A DNA stretch of 64,000 nucleotides from Candidatus Lustribacter sp. (GTDB lineage Bacteria; Vulcanimicrobiota; Vulcanimicrobiia; Vulcanimicrobiales; Vulcanimicrobiaceae), in contig OZ255842.1 of NCBI GenBank assembly GCA_965277805.1, forward strand, positions 4,832,001 to 4,896,000, given 5' to 3'. Below are positions 1 through 10,705 of the stretch, piece after piece. The number at the start of each line of letters is the position of its first letter. Position 1 is the stretch's first letter. A program made the position numbers and the translations under genes. The notes beneath the pieces were generated by a model, which saw only the letters and a program-made list of their open reading frames with translations, searched no databases and was not told the origin of the DNA.

Positions 1-1
1 G

Positions 2-2410
2 TTCGCACTCGAACTGGCCCCGCTGAAGGTCGCCTCGCTGCCGTCGTTCGCAAGCGAGGAAACAGCCTTTGTCACCGATTGCGACGAGCAGGTCTCACCG
101 GGTCAGCGCATACGTCTGGCGGTCAGGTTACGGAACACCGGTACGGCGCGCGCGCGAAACGTACGCGCACAATTCGCGCTTCCCCCCGGTGTCGTCTATT
201 GTGCCGGTTCGCGCACGTGCGACGGAGCGGCCGTACCGGACGGAGAGGATCCCGTCACGTTCGCGCTCGGCGAGTTGGAACCGGGACGAACGATCGAACT
301 CGCGCTCTACGGCGGCATCACGAGCCCGGCGAGCGACGGCACGTCGCTTACTCTCGCCGTACGAACGGATTGGCAGGGCGGGCATCGCGCCTTCGATCGC
401 GTGCTGACCGTTCGCTCGGCTCCGGCCTTCCCCGCGGCGTTCAATGCGATCCGGCGCGAAGGCGCGCGGCGAATTGCGCCCGGTGAAGCGGTCGGGTTCA
501 CCGTAGCGATTGCGAACCTTGGAACGGCCGTCGCTTCCGGCGTTCGCATCGTTCTTGACGCGGATGATGGTATCGAGCATTTGCGGGCCGCCGAGGGCGA
601 CGCCGAGCTACCCATCGGCGACGACGGCGCGATCGCGCTCGACGTGTTGTCGCCCGGGATTCGCCGGACGTTGCGCATCGATGGGGTGCTCGCAACGGTG
701 CTCGAAGACGAGGCGCAACTTCGCCTCCGCGCCGTCTTACGCGTCGCAGGCGTTGATGAGGTCGAGCTCGGCGCGGCCGTCGTTCAAGTCGCGTCGCGTC
801 CGCGCTTTACGGTGGAAACATCGCAGCTCGTCGCCGCGAGCGACGACGCGTTGCGTCCGAACCACATGACCCCGTGCAAGCTCGTGCTTCGCAACGACGG
901 TACGGACCGTGGGCGCGAAGTCCGCGTTCGCCTGCAGTTCCCGCCGGAATTGCGCCTCGAACGTGTCGACGGCGCCACGCACGATGATGAAACGGTTCTG
1001 TTGGGGGACATCGCGGCGGGCGAGACGCGCGAAGCGATGGTGCACTTCCGGCTGACCGGACATGTCTCCCACGACGAACCGCTCACCGTGCTCGGGTGCG
1101 TGAGCGGCCGCAACGTCGTTCCGTTTTCGCTCGAGCCGCTGGAACTGCGCACGCATGCTGAAGCGTCCTTTGCCGAAGGTGCGACGCTGACGTCGCAACC
1201 CGCCGAAACGATCGATGCCGGCGCGTCGATATACTACACCTTGGCGCTGCGCAACGGTGGCGACGGCGCCGCGAAGCGGCTTACGATCCGGCTCGATCAG
1301 CCCACCAATGCCGTCTATGCGCCGGGCAGCACGAGCATCAACGGCATCTCGCTGCTCGACTTTGTCGGCACGTCACCGCTGCTGGGAAGCACCGGGCTCT
1401 CGCTCGGAGACGTCGCCGTCGGTGCAGAGGTGATCGTCCGCATGCAGGCCATCGTCAACGCGCCGCTGCCGGCCGGCACCACAATCGAAGCGCGCGCCTA
1501 CATCGCTTTGGACGGCGGGCCGGAAACGGCCGTGCGTTGCGAGCCGGTGCGCGTGCGATCGACCTCGGCGCTTCCCATCGTCGAGGCCGCGCTTCCGTTC
1601 ACCGTGATCGGTGCCGCCGCCGCGCCGAAGCGTATCTCAAGCAACGGCGATGGACACGCCTATGCGCTGAACGGCTCCGCCGCAACCCCCGTGGCGTTAC
1701 CGCGCGAATCTCTGCCGGTCGAATCGGTGCCGGTCGAGGAGACCATCGACGGGCCGGTGATTCTCTCACTCGGTCTCGATGACAAAAAGCTCGCGTGGAC
1801 GGTACGCTATCTTGAAGAGGCGCGCCTCGATGGGCTCGTCCCCGATTTGCTGCTGCTGCGAGCGCTGTTCCCCGACGACGCGGCCGGCGCAGATGGTGCC
1901 ACGCGCCGGCTTCTACGCGAGCACGCGGAGCGATTGAGCGAGCTTGCCGATCGGCTTTTCGTGAAGCTTCGTCTCCCCGAGCCCGATATCGTCGAGGCGG
2001 ACGTCGAAACACCGGCATTGCGCGAATCACTTCGCGGCGTCCTCACCGCACTGCGCGAATTGCCCGTTGCGGCGCCGTACGAAGCCAATGGATTACGGCT
2101 GATCAGTTCGTTGCACGGGGACGAGCTTGCGAGTGCACAGGCCGCCCTCGATGAGGCTCCTTTGGTCACGGGAGAACCATGGCTCGCGACCGCCTTGCTC
2201 CTCGGCTCGACGCTCGAGTTCGACGGGCGCGTCGTCGGCGACGTGGGCGCGTACCGCACTGCGCTGCGTCGCGAACTTACCTCCATCCGTGATCTTGACA
2301 CCGATGCGTTCCTTGATGCGGTCCTCTCGCGACCGGTCGACGCACAGTTGGTGGAGAGCCGTGGGCAAGCGTTGCGCGTGCTCGCGGCGCAACGTGAACC
2401 AGCGCCCTGA
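2..2410 (+). CDS. Large DUF11-like Ig-repeat protein, 5' end outside window
   Basis: Frame is open from base 2 into ORF 275..2410; repeated beta-sandwich motifs LRNTGT, IANLGTA, LRNDGTD, LRNGGDG. Confidence 0.7.
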   Translation, partial: FALELAPLKVASLPSFASEETAFVTDCDEQVSPGQRIRLAVRLRNTGTARARNVRAQFALPPGVVYCAGSRTCDGAAVPDGEDPVTFALGELEPGRTIELALYGGITSPASDGTSLTLAVRTDWQGGHRAFDRVLTVRSAPAFPAAFNAIRREGARRIAPGEAVGFTVAIANLGTAVASGVRIVLDADDGIEHLRAAEGDAELPIGDDGAIALDVLSPGIRRTLRIDGVLATVLEDEAQLRLRAVLRVAGVDEVELGAAVVQVASRPRFTVETSQLVAASDDALRPNHMTPCKLVLRNDGTDRGREVRVRLQFPPELRLERVDGATHDDETVLLGDIAAGETREAMVHFRLTGHVSHDEPLTVLGCVSGRNVVPFSLEPLELRTHAEASFAEGATLTSQPAETIDAGASIYYTLALRNGGDGAAKRLTIRLDQPTNAVYAPGSTSINGISLLDFVGTSPLLGSTGLSLGDVAVGAEVIVRMQAIVNAPLPAGTTIEARAYIALDGGPETAVRCEPVRVRSTSALPIVEAALPFTVIGAAAAPKRISSNGDGHAYALNGSAATPVALPRESLPVESVPVEETIDGPVILSLGLDDKKLAWTVRYLEEARLDGLVPDLLLLRALFPDDAAGADGATRRLLREHAERLSELADRLFVKLRLPEPDIVEADVETPALRESLRGVLTALRELPVAAPYEANGLRLISSLHGDELASAQAALDEAPLVTGEPWLATALLLGSTLEFDGRVVGDVGAYRTALRRELTSIRDLDTDAFLDAVLSRPVDAQLVESRGQALRVLAAQREPAP

Positions 2411-2799
2411 TGACGCTTACGGCCGGCGTCGCCCTGCTCGTCTTCGTGGCAGTGGTGATAGCGCTCGCGGCGCGATTCTTGCGACGGCCCGCTCGCGACG
2501 CCGTTCCGGCCGTGCCGCAGATACGGGACCTGCCCTATGCGGAGCCGCCGGAACCAGCGCCGCTCGAACCAACGCTGCCGGAGCCGGAGACGGAGCCGGT
2601 CATAACGTGGACGATCGCATTGACCACGACGGCGCTTGATGAAGCGGGCCGCCTGCGCCTCATCGACGATTTGACTATGCTCGCCGCGCCCTGGACGATC
2701 GCTCTCTTACGCCGCGCGTATCAGGAAGAAAGCTCACCGCAAATGCGGGTCCGGATCGAGGCCGCCTTGGCCTCGTCCGGAGAACCGATCGGCACGTAA
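2410..2799 (+). CDS. Membrane-anchored hypothetical protein
   Basis: N-terminal hydrophobic helix, Pro-rich linker; TGATG coupling to upstream gene. Confidence 0.7.
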   Translation: MTLTAGVALLVFVAVVIALAARFLRRPARDAVPAVPQIRDLPYAEPPEPAPLEPTLPEPETEPVITWTIALTTTALDEAGRLRLIDDLTMLAAPWTIALLRRAYQEESSPQMRVRIEAALASSGEPIGT

Positions 2800-3046
2800 A
2801 CTCTAGCGGGACCCGACCTCAAGTCCATTCTTGCTGCGGAAGATAGCGAAGTGAGATTTGGCGGTGCCTAGCGACGTGTACGGAGCGGCAGAACCTGCCC
2901 CGGCCAATGTAGCGTCGATTTTCGTAATGAGGCACGCGCCGCGCTTCGCACTTATAGTAATCTGCGTCGGCTTGACGCCGCTGTTTGGGAGCTTGTGGCC
3001 GGCCGGAACGGAAAAGTTATCGGATCGGCCCGCCGCATAACGTATC

Positions 3047-3643
3047 GTGCCCGTGGCGGGAAAATGGGTTTCGTTAACGATGGTCGCGCTCGGGTATGCC
3101 GAGGCCGGCGAGGAAACGCCGAGCATCGGGGCTGTCAGTGCGATCGCTTCAATCGCGAGCGCCTTTATCGTGCTCATTGCGGCAATCGCAGCCGTGCGAC
3201 AACTGCGGCACATGCGGCTGGCGAACCAGTTGAGTTCCTATTTCCAGATCATGGCGTGGGGTCAGTCCGCGGAAGGCATCGAAGCCCGGCGTTTCCTCGG
3301 GTCGCTGGATCTTAGCGATCGCGCGACGTTTCTTGCGGTGACGACGCCCCAGGTCGACCATCGGCTTAGCGCAATCGGCGCGCATTACCAGAACGTAGCT
3401 CGACTGCTCAATCTCGGAGTCCTCTACGATTCGCTATTCGGGTCCTACTACGACATGGCGCCGCGCATTTGGAAAGAAGTACAACCGATAGCGGCGTTGA
3501 TGCTCGAGCAAACCGGGGCGGCGATCTGGATCGATTTCGAATACTTGGTATATCGTGAACGCAAGCAACGGATACTGGCGAAGCTGTTTCGTCGCTACAG
3601 CCGTACGGCGTCTATCGCTTCCAGCCGAGCGCGTAACCGCTAA
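3047..3643 (+). CDS. Membrane-anchored hypothetical protein (DUF4760-like), start uncertain
   Basis: TM helix followed by AAVRQLRH; C-terminal WIDFEYL. Confidence 0.5.
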   Translation: MPVAGKWVSLTMVALGYAEAGEETPSIGAVSAIASIASAFIVLIAAIAAVRQLRHMRLANQLSSYFQIMAWGQSAEGIEARRFLGSLDLSDRATFLAVTTPQVDHRLSAIGAHYQNVARLLNLGVLYDSLFGSYYDMAPRIWKEVQPIAALMLEQTGAAIWIDFEYLVYRERKQRILAKLFRRYSRTASIASSRARNR

Positions 3644-3647
3644 GCGG

Positions 3648-4037
3648 TCAGCGCTCGCGGGCACCGTTCTGAACCGAGAGCTCCCAGCGATATCCGTCCG
3701 GATCGTGAAACCACAGGCCCATGTGCGGTGAGCCCGGCGACGTGGGGCCGATTTCGTTGCCGGGGTCTTCCAATTCTACGCCGTTTTTCTTCAACGTCTC
3801 GAGCGCTTCGCGCAGCGCGCGCATGTTCTCGAGATGAAACGACGTGTGGTCGATCGTTTCCGGATGTGGTGTGCCTTTAAAGAACCCGATGATCATCGCG
3901 TTGTTCGTCAGCGCGATCGCCTCATCGGACCGGAACATTTCCTGCAGATCGAAGTTCTCGGTCCAGAATTGTGCGCTCTTCTCCGGGTCTCTGACGGCAA
4001 AGCTGAAATGCCAGACCGCGCCAAGTTGTACTTTCAT
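3648..4037 (-). CDS. VOC/glyoxalase family protein
   Basis: HFSFAVRD, DHTSFH, FHDPDGYRWE motifs. Confidence 0.9.
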   Translation of the reverse strand: MKVQLGAVWHFSFAVRDPEKSAQFWTENFDLQEMFRSDEAIALTNNAMIIGFFKGTPHPETIDHTSFHLENMRALREALETLKKNGVELEDPGNEIGPTSPGSPHMGLWFHDPDGYRWELSVQNGARER

Positions 4038-4047
4038 CGTTCGTACC

Positions 4048-4782
4048 TCAGATTTGTGCTAGGCCGCCGTCGACGGCGAGCTCGCTGCCGGTCATGAAGC
4101 TGCTGTCCTGCGACGCGAGAAAGGCGGCTACCGCGCCGATCTCCGCCGGATCGCCCATGCGTTGGAGCGCAGTCATCGAGCCGTAGGCGCTCAGGCCTTC
4201 CTCGCCTAGTGCTTCTCTCGCAAGTTCGGTCGCCGTTGCCCCGGGCGATAGCACGTTCACCCGAATGCCGGTGCCTTTGAGGTCTTCCGCCCAAGTCCGC
4301 GCGAGGTTGCGCACAGCCGCCTTGCTCGCGCTGTAGGCGGTGAACGCCGGGGCACCCGTGGTGCCGGCACTCGATCCGGTCAAGATGATCGACCCTCCGT
4401 TGCCCATCAGCGGCAGCGCCTGCTGGACCGTGAAGATCGTGCCCTTCACGTTGGTGTCGAAGGTTTCGTCGATGTGCTCGGCCGTGATCTTGCCGAGCGG
4501 AAGCCGGCTTCCTACCCCGGCATTGGCGAAGACGATGTCGAGAGTTCCGCGCTCGGCCTTCACTTCCGCGTAGAGCCGGTCGAGGTCGGGCAGGCTGGAG
4601 ACCGAGCCCTTCACCGCGCGAGCATTGGGCCCGAGCTCGGTCAGTGCGGCGTCGAGTGCCGCCTGCCGGCGGCCGAAGATGAAGACGAAAGCGCCCTCCT
4701 CGATGAACCGCTTTGCCGCGGCGCGGCCGATGCCGGTAGCTCCGCCCGTGATCACGGCGGTCTTTCCATTCAGTCTATTCAT
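4048..4782 (-). CDS. SDR family oxidoreductase
   Basis: TGGATGIG, ANAG, YSASK; start taken at MNRLNGK. Confidence 0.95.
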   Translation of the reverse strand: MNRLNGKTAVITGGATGIGRAAAKRFIEEGAFVFIFGRRQAALDAALTELGPNARAVKGSVSSLPDLDRLYAEVKAERGTLDIVFANAGVGSRLPLGKITAEHIDETFDTNVKGTIFTVQQALPLMGNGGSIILTGSSAGTTGAPAFTAYSASKAAVRNLARTWAEDLKGTGIRVNVLSPGATATELAREALGEEGLSAYGSMTALQRMGDPAEIGAVAAFLASQDSSFMTGSELAVDGGLAQI

Positions 4783-4805
4783 GATGCCGTCGAGCGTATC
4801 ATATA

Positions 4806-4855
4806 TGGACCGTTCGGTCAACAATCAGATTTGTTGATTTGGACCGTTTGGTCAT
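4806..4855. promoter_or_regulatory. Two TetR operator-like palindromes in the divergent promoter
   Basis: TGGACCGTTCGGTCAA (4806-4821) and TGGACCGTTTGGTCAT (4840-4855) between SDR and TetR starts. Confidence 0.7.
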
Positions 4856-4875
4856 CATCTGGTATACTACCGTGT

Positions 4876-5451
4876 ATGGGACGGCCGGCGACCTTCGATC
4901 AAACGGAGATGTTGGAGACGATACAATCGGTCTTCTGGGATAACGGGTATTCGGCGACATCGCTCGACGACATCATGCAATCGACCGGTCTCGGCAAGGG
5001 CAGCCTCTACGGCGCCTACGGCTCAAAGCAAGACATGTATCTGCTGGCCTTCACCGATTACTGCGACTGGGCCGTCGCGGATCTTCAGGGACGCCTGCGC
5101 GGTGACGACGCGGGCGCGATCGTACGCTTACGTGAGTATGTTCAGTCGGCGGCGAAGGGCGGCGCAAATGCCCGTCGCGGATGTATGCTGGCAAAGGGTA
5201 CCGCCGAAGTTGCCGCGCGCTTTCCGGAAATTGACAAGATCATCGAGCGGACGTTCAAGGCGATGGAACGCGCAATCGTTCATTGCGTTCGTCAAGCGCA
5301 GAGCGCAGGCGACATTGCCGCCGATCGCGATGCGCGAGCGATCGGCGTAACGTTGCTGGCCGTCGTTCGCGGAATGGGATCGCTGGCGCAAGCGGGCATG
5401 TCTTCAGCTTCCCTTTCGCTGGCTGCCCAAGGCGCGCTGGCCATGCTGTAA
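4876..5451 (+). CDS. TetR/AcrR family regulator
   Basis: MGRPATFD...GYSATSLDDI...GLGKGSLYGAYGSK HTH; RGCML C-domain. Confidence 0.95.
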   Translation: MGRPATFDQTEMLETIQSVFWDNGYSATSLDDIMQSTGLGKGSLYGAYGSKQDMYLLAFTDYCDWAVADLQGRLRGDDAGAIVRLREYVQSAAKGGANARRGCMLAKGTAEVAARFPEIDKIIERTFKAMERAIVHCVRQAQSAGDIAADRDARAIGVTLLAVVRGMGSLAQAGMSSASLSLAAQGALAML

Positions 5452-5509
5452 CTGCCGCTGCTATGGGTTTCTGAAATGGGGCGCGCCGGTGCCGGTCGAA
5501 TCATCGGCT

Positions 5510-6862
5510 ATGGCGACGCAGCTGGCGATTCCGGGGCCGCGCGGCCGCGATGCGCTGCGGTTCCTCGGTTTCGGCGATTCGGACGGGCTGCTCGCGTACT
5601 TCCTCGAGACCGCGCGGCGATACGGGCCGATCAGCTATCTGCGTGTCCTCGGTCAGCACGTCGTGCTGTTGGATGACGCCGGTCTGATCGAAGACGTGTT
5701 GCAGACCCAGCAACACCGCTTCGTGCGCGATGCGGGTGCCGCGCTGTTGCGCGAGATCACCGGCGACGGAGTGCTGACACTCGACGACCCCGGTCATCTC
5801 CGCCGGCGGCGCATGCTGCAGCCGGCATTTCACCGCGCCCGCATCGAGCACTACGTGGCGAGCATGCAAGCGATCGCGCAGCGTACGGCCGACGCTTGGC
5901 ACGACGGCGAGCGGATCGATGTCGGTGCAGCGATGATGCGGTTGACGCTCGACGTGGTTGGGAGCGCGCTCTTCGGCGACGAGGTCGGATGCGCCGATCA
6001 GATTGCGGAGGTGGTCTCGTCGATCGGTCGACGTGGAGGACGCCTTCAACCCCTGCTCGCTGCGCTCGCGCCGGCCCTGCTTGCAGCGCGCAGACATTTG
6101 CCGCAAAACGTGCGCCTCGTTTTCGGGCGCGAGCGTGCCGCGCTCGAGGGCATCGTCGATCCGATCATCGCGCGGCGCCGCGCGGCCAAAACGGGCGGAA
6201 GCGATTTGCTCGCGATGCTGCTCGAGGCGCGCGATGAGGCCGGCGAGGCGCTCAGTGATGTGGACATCCGGAACGAGTTGATCACGTTCGTCCTAGCCGG
6301 ACACGAAACGACCTCGAGCGCGCTGACCTGGGCATGGTATTTGCTCGGGCGGCACCCTGAGGTCGAAGCGCGCTTCCGGGACGAGGTGGATGCGGTACTC
6401 GGCGGACGCCCGGTCACCATGGATGACGTGCGGCAGTTGCCGTATACATCCAACGTTTTCGCCGAAGCACTGCGGCTCTATCCGCCCGCGGCGGCCTTCG
6501 CGCGCCGGCCGACGGAACACGTGACGCTCGGCGGCTATACGATACCACGCTATGCGAGTGTATTCGTGAGCCCGTACGTGACGCATCGCAATCCGCGCTA
6601 CTTTCCCGAGCCGCTGGCATTCCGCCCCGAGCGCTGGGAGGCCATGGATCCGCCGAAGTTTGCCTTCTTCCCGTTCGGCGGCGGGGCAAAGATGTGCATC
6701 GGGGAACCTTTTGCGCGCGCCGAAGGCGTGGTCGTGCTTGCGACGGTTGCGCAACGCCGGCACCTCAAAATCGCTGGGAAGGACGTCGCGCCGGCTCCGT
6801 CAGCGCTGTTGCGGCCGAGCGAACCGATCTTGGCGGAGGTCACTTCTCGCCCGCATGCCTAG
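5510..6862 (+). CDS. Cytochrome P450
   Basis: AGHETT, EALR, PERW, FGGGAKMCIG haem motif. Confidence 0.95.
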   Translation: MATQLAIPGPRGRDALRFLGFGDSDGLLAYFLETARRYGPISYLRVLGQHVVLLDDAGLIEDVLQTQQHRFVRDAGAALLREITGDGVLTLDDPGHLRRRRMLQPAFHRARIEHYVASMQAIAQRTADAWHDGERIDVGAAMMRLTLDVVGSALFGDEVGCADQIAEVVSSIGRRGGRLQPLLAALAPALLAARRHLPQNVRLVFGRERAALEGIVDPIIARRRAAKTGGSDLLAMLLEARDEAGEALSDVDIRNELITFVLAGHETTSSALTWAWYLLGRHPEVEARFRDEVDAVLGGRPVTMDDVRQLPYTSNVFAEALRLYPPAAAFARRPTEHVTLGGYTIPRYASVFVSPYVTHRNPRYFPEPLAFRPERWEAMDPPKFAFFPFGGGAKMCIGEPFARAEGVVVLATVAQRRHLKIAGKDVAPAPSALLRPSEPILAEVTSRPHA

Positions 6863-7127
6863 AGGCCGGGGCGTTGCTACTCGTTCTTTTTACCGAGGAG
6901 ATTGGCAAGGAGCGTGCCGTCGATGACGACGAGCACGGCGATGATGACGGCGAAAACGAGCGTTACCGCCTTGAAGAAACCCCAGAGAAATCCCATGCGG
7001 ACCTTCTCCCCGGCACGGAGGCCATCGAAGCAAGGCGATGCTTGCGCCGCGCGGCTCGGAGCGAGGCCGCGGCGGGAACAATGCCGTTCACCGGCATACG
7101 CTTTCCCGAAGTGGGGGACACGCACGA

Positions 7128-8405
7128 ATGATCACCGAGAGCGAAAACGCACGCCTGACGAGCGTTATGGCCGGCACGCCGAGCGGCGAGTTGCTGCGCC
7201 GTTACTGGTATCCGATCGCGACGGCGGGCGAGATGCGCGACAAGTGGACCAAACGCGTCCGGCTGCTCGGCGAAGACCTCGTGCTCTTTAAGGACCGCAG
7301 CGGCCGGCTGGGCTTGATCGGTGAGGCCTGTCCCCACCGGCGCGCTTCCCTTGCCTACGGGATCCCCACGGCCGACGGCATCCGCTGCCCCTACCACGGC
7401 TGGAAGTTCGACGCGACCGGCGCCTGCACGGAGCAGCCCAACGAGCCTGAGGGTAGCACGTTCAAAGAGAAGGTCAGCATCGGCGGCTACGATGTCGGCG
7501 AACTTGGCGGCCTGATCTGGGGCTATCTCGGGCCCAAGCCGGCGCCGTTCATCCCGCGGCTCGACGGCTTCGTCGTCGAACGCGCCGTGCGCATGATGGG
7601 CGGCGCGCTCGTGCCCTGCAACTGGCTGCAGATCATGGAGAACTCGTGCGACCCGGTCCACACCGAATGGCTGCACGGGCACTTGGCCGAGTTTGTGGCC
7701 GAACAGAAGACCGGCATCAAACCGTCGTACGCGATCTCGCGCCATCATGTGAAGATCGCATTCGACGAGTTCGAATACGGGCTCTACAAGCGCCGCCTTT
7801 ACGAGGGTCAGTCCGAAGACGCCGACGATTGGCGCGTCGGTCATCCGGTGTTCTTCCCGAACACGCTCGCGGTCGGCTCGAAGCGCGACGGCTCGCGGAC
7901 GTATTCGTTCCAGATTCGCGTCCCGGTAGACGACGAGAACACGATGCACTACTGGTATACCGCCTATACGTTCCGGGACGGCGTCGAGATTCCGGCACAT
8001 CTGCTCGAGGACGTCGTCCCATTCGACGTGCCGCAACGCGATGAGAAGGGCGAGTTTCTGCTCGATGTGCTCGACATCCAGGACGTGATGGCGTGGGTCA
8101 CGCAAGGCCCGGTCGCCAAACGTCAACTGGAGAAACTCGGCACTACCGACCGCGGCGTCATCCTATTCCGCAAAATGCTCGAACGCGAGATCGCCAAGGT
8201 CGAAGACGGCGAAGGTCCGATGGCCGTTATCCGCGACGCGTCCAAGAACACCGTGATCGATCTACACGTCGAGTACGACAAGCAGATGCTTAGCGACGGC
8301 CTCGGGCGCGCGCTTTCGCGCACGCAGGCGCGCTTTTATCCATACCGCGCCGATTTGCTGAAGGTGTTCGAAGAAGCCCACCGTCCGCTGACCACCGCGC
8401 CCTAA
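7128..8405 (+). CDS. Rieske non-haem iron oxygenase (phthalate dioxygenase/LigX O-demethylase-like)
   Basis: CPHR...CPYHGW Rieske motif; ENSCDPVHTEWLH mononuclear Fe motif. Confidence 0.9.
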   Translation: MITESENARLTSVMAGTPSGELLRRYWYPIATAGEMRDKWTKRVRLLGEDLVLFKDRSGRLGLIGEACPHRRASLAYGIPTADGIRCPYHGWKFDATGACTEQPNEPEGSTFKEKVSIGGYDVGELGGLIWGYLGPKPAPFIPRLDGFVVERAVRMMGGALVPCNWLQIMENSCDPVHTEWLHGHLAEFVAEQKTGIKPSYAISRHHVKIAFDEFEYGLYKRRLYEGQSEDADDWRVGHPVFFPNTLAVGSKRDGSRTYSFQIRVPVDDENTMHYWYTAYTFRDGVEIPAHLLEDVVPFDVPQRDEKGEFLLDVLDIQDVMAWVTQGPVAKRQLEKLGTTDRGVILFRKMLEREIAKVEDGEGPMAVIRDASKNTVIDLHVEYDKQMLSDGLGRALSRTQARFYPYRADLLKVFEEAHRPLTTAP

Positions 8406-8541
8406 GCAATGCTCCTAGAAGTGTTGATTCGTTAAGCCGGGAGAAGTACCGCGCGTTCGATTTCTGCCCCGTGTAGGTCGCGTTCCACTTGGAGATCGTA
8501 GCTAGCCTGCTGGGCGTATCCAGATGCGGCGAGCACGGGTC

Positions 8542-9819
8542 TCAGTGCGCTATCCCCAGTGCTTGAAATCTCACCATGTCGATGCTGCCCACTGCGGCAA
8601 CGGCCGCATCCATCTCGACGCCCGTTCCGTCGACGCTAACGGCATACCGGTTGCCGACGATCTCCATGAGGTCGCTGCGCTTCCCGTCGTTCGTCCATTT
8701 CTCGTGAACGCGATGTCCGTTGACGTCGATGTTCTTCTCATAGCCGGTATCGCTGTCGTTGTCGGCTTGCATCGTCGTCGCAAGATTCGCGGCCGCGGCC
8801 AATCCGCTAATATTTCCGAGATCCGACACGGTTACATCGATATGCGGACCATCGGAGCGGCCGTACGTCGCGTGCGCCGATGACGTGGAGATGCCGGCGA
8901 GCGATGAGGACGAGCCGCCCGCGGCGTTTCGCGAAAGTCCGGCGATCGCTTTTGGAAGCAGCGACTCGAGGACGTCGTGCGCAATCGGCGTAACCGGCGG
9001 AGCGCCGCCGTGGACGATCGAGCCGAGCATCTTCATGCCGGCTTGCAGCTGCGCGTCGCTGTCGCCGCGCCGCTCCGCTTTCTGCTCGTCCTTCTCCGCG
9101 GCGGCAACGTCTTTGATAACGTTATGGGCGCGCTCGGCATTCGCATTGCCGCCGCCCATAGCGGCGCCCAGAATACCAGCGACGATCGAGTGCCCTTCGT
9201 TATCGGGTGCGGAGGTTGCAATGATACCGTGACGGGCGAAGATACCGGCAGTCAATCCGGTTGCGCCGGTGACGAGCATGCAGATTAGGCTCGCGCAGAT
9301 GCCGCACCCGATGCACGCAGCAGTAAAGGGAATTGCCTTTTCGCGCACGCTCAAACCGAGTGCCGGCGCGCCGCAGGAGAAGACGTAAAGCGCCCAGAGC
9401 GCCGCGAATATTTCGAGCGCGCTCAGCGGCGGAACGACACCGAGGATTCCGGCCACGAGCGACGGCGTGTACGAATACGCGACGAGCTTTAAGGAAGCAA
9501 GCGAATCGCGCCGTCCGCCGAACGACGGCGCGAGAAACGTGGCGATTGCGCTCATGATCAAGACGCCGGCGAGGATCATGACGAACATGAAGATCGCTTG
9601 AGTAAGCGATGCGCTCAACGGGGCGCGATAGGTTCCGGCGAACGGGATGCTCACGCCCACGAGCGAGAGGCCGATGACGAGGGCGACGGGGCCGACCGTC
9701 GCCAGCGGCACGATGTAGCCTGAAAAGAGGCCGGCGGCGGTGGACGGCTCCGCTGCGATCGCCGGCCATTCGGCATGCGGTCGCAAGATGATGCGCTTGG
9801 CGCGCTCGACGATGCTCAC
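8542..9819 (-). CDS. Yip1-domain membrane protein with C-terminal soluble domain
   Basis: ERAKRIILRPHAEW start, several TM helices, LKLVAYSYTP. Confidence 0.8.
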   Translation of the reverse strand: MSIVERAKRIILRPHAEWPAIAAEPSTAAGLFSGYIVPLATVGPVALVIGLSLVGVSIPFAGTYRAPLSASLTQAIFMFVMILAGVLIMSAIATFLAPSFGGRRDSLASLKLVAYSYTPSLVAGILGVVPPLSALEIFAALWALYVFSCGAPALGLSVREKAIPFTAACIGCGICASLICMLVTGATGLTAGIFARHGIIATSAPDNEGHSIVAGILGAAMGGGNANAERAHNVIKDVAAAEKDEQKAERRGDSDAQLQAGMKMLGSIVHGGAPPVTPIAHDVLESLLPKAIAGLSRNAAGGSSSSLAGISTSSAHATYGRSDGPHIDVTVSDLGNISGLAAAANLATTMQADNDSDTGYEKNIDVNGHRVHEKWTNDGKRSDLMEIVGNRYAVSVDGTGVEMDAAVAAVGSIDMVRFQALGIAH

Positions 9820-9901
9820 GATTGCATCTTCCGCCTAGGCCTGTAAACGTCGGGGCATGGCCGGCGCGGGCGCGAGTGGCGCGGGGCGTTTCATTGGAGC
9901 C

Positions 9902-10102
9902 TCATTTTTTGCAGTCGTCGGTCAGTTGGTGCGTGAGAATGAATGCGTTTAAGTCCGCGGGGTCGCGGAAATAGCGCCGCTGTTTGGTAGCGAGATGTTC
10001 CACCGATCCGCGCCACTCCGCGCGCCTGCCGGCGCCTCCGCTCTCGCACCACATGCGGACGAGAAACGCATGCTCGCGGCGTTCATTCTCCACCCACGCA
10101 TG
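9902..10102 (-). CDS. Small hypothetical protein
   Basis: AFLVRMW...WRGSVEH...RRYF, protein-like; divergent from 10196 gene. Confidence 0.55.
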   Translation of the reverse strand, partial: HAWVENERREHAFLVRMWCESGGAGRRAEWRGSVEHLATKQRRYFRDPADLNAFILTHQLTDDCKK

Positions 10103-10113
10103 ATAAAGTGAAT

Positions 10114-10156
10114 GCGTCCAAATCGCGTCCAATGCGATTGGACGAATGCTGGACGC
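10114..10156. promoter_or_regulatory. SARP-type repeat operator (11-bp periodicity)
   Basis: GCGTCCAA at 10114 and 10125; inverted TGGACG copies at 10139 and 10150; SARP/BTAD gene nearby. Confidence 0.6.
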
Positions 10157-10195
10157 CGGTGCGCTATTCTCGACGCACACGCTTTTGGAGGTTCC

Positions 10196-10705
10196 ATGAA
10201 ACGCACTACTGCAGTATCCGTCCTCGCTTTATCGCTCTTCAGCGGCGCCGCCGCCCTTGCGGCGCCAACGCCGATTCCCGGCGGTGCGAATCAGGCAGCC
10301 GGCGTTGCCGGCACGTTCGGACAGAAGCTATTCAACGGTGAAATCCGCCTCTTGCCGAGAGATATTCGCGATGCAAGCGACTCCGACGGGCTCATGGCAG
10401 CGACGGGGAAAAAATGGATCGTGTTCACCGCGTCTGCCAGCAACGGCACCGCGCATGCGCTCGATATGACGCAATTCATCGCGTCGATCGTCGATCAGGA
10501 CGGCGACACGCTCCAGGCGCAGCCGGATAAGGTCAAACCGATGGGCGGCGTGTACGGGCAGCCGCCCGGAGGTCAGTGGAAAGAACAGGTCATGTTCGAC
10601 GTGCCTTTGGATTTCGTTCCGGTGAAAATCGTTCTCTTACCGTACGATCGGAAACATCAGGCCTTCCGCATCACCGTACGCCCCGGAGACTACGCACACT
10701 CGTAG
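10196..10705 (+). CDS. Secreted Ig-like (DUF4352-like) protein
   Basis: GGAGG RBS, signal peptide MKRTTAVSVLALSLF, MFDVP motif. Confidence 0.7.
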   Translation: MKRTTAVSVLALSLFSGAAALAAPTPIPGGANQAAGVAGTFGQKLFNGEIRLLPRDIRDASDSDGLMAATGKKWIVFTASASNGTAHALDMTQFIASIVDQDGDTLQAQPDKVKPMGGVYGQPPGGQWKEQVMFDVPLDFVPVKIVLLPYDRKHQAFRITVRPGDYAHS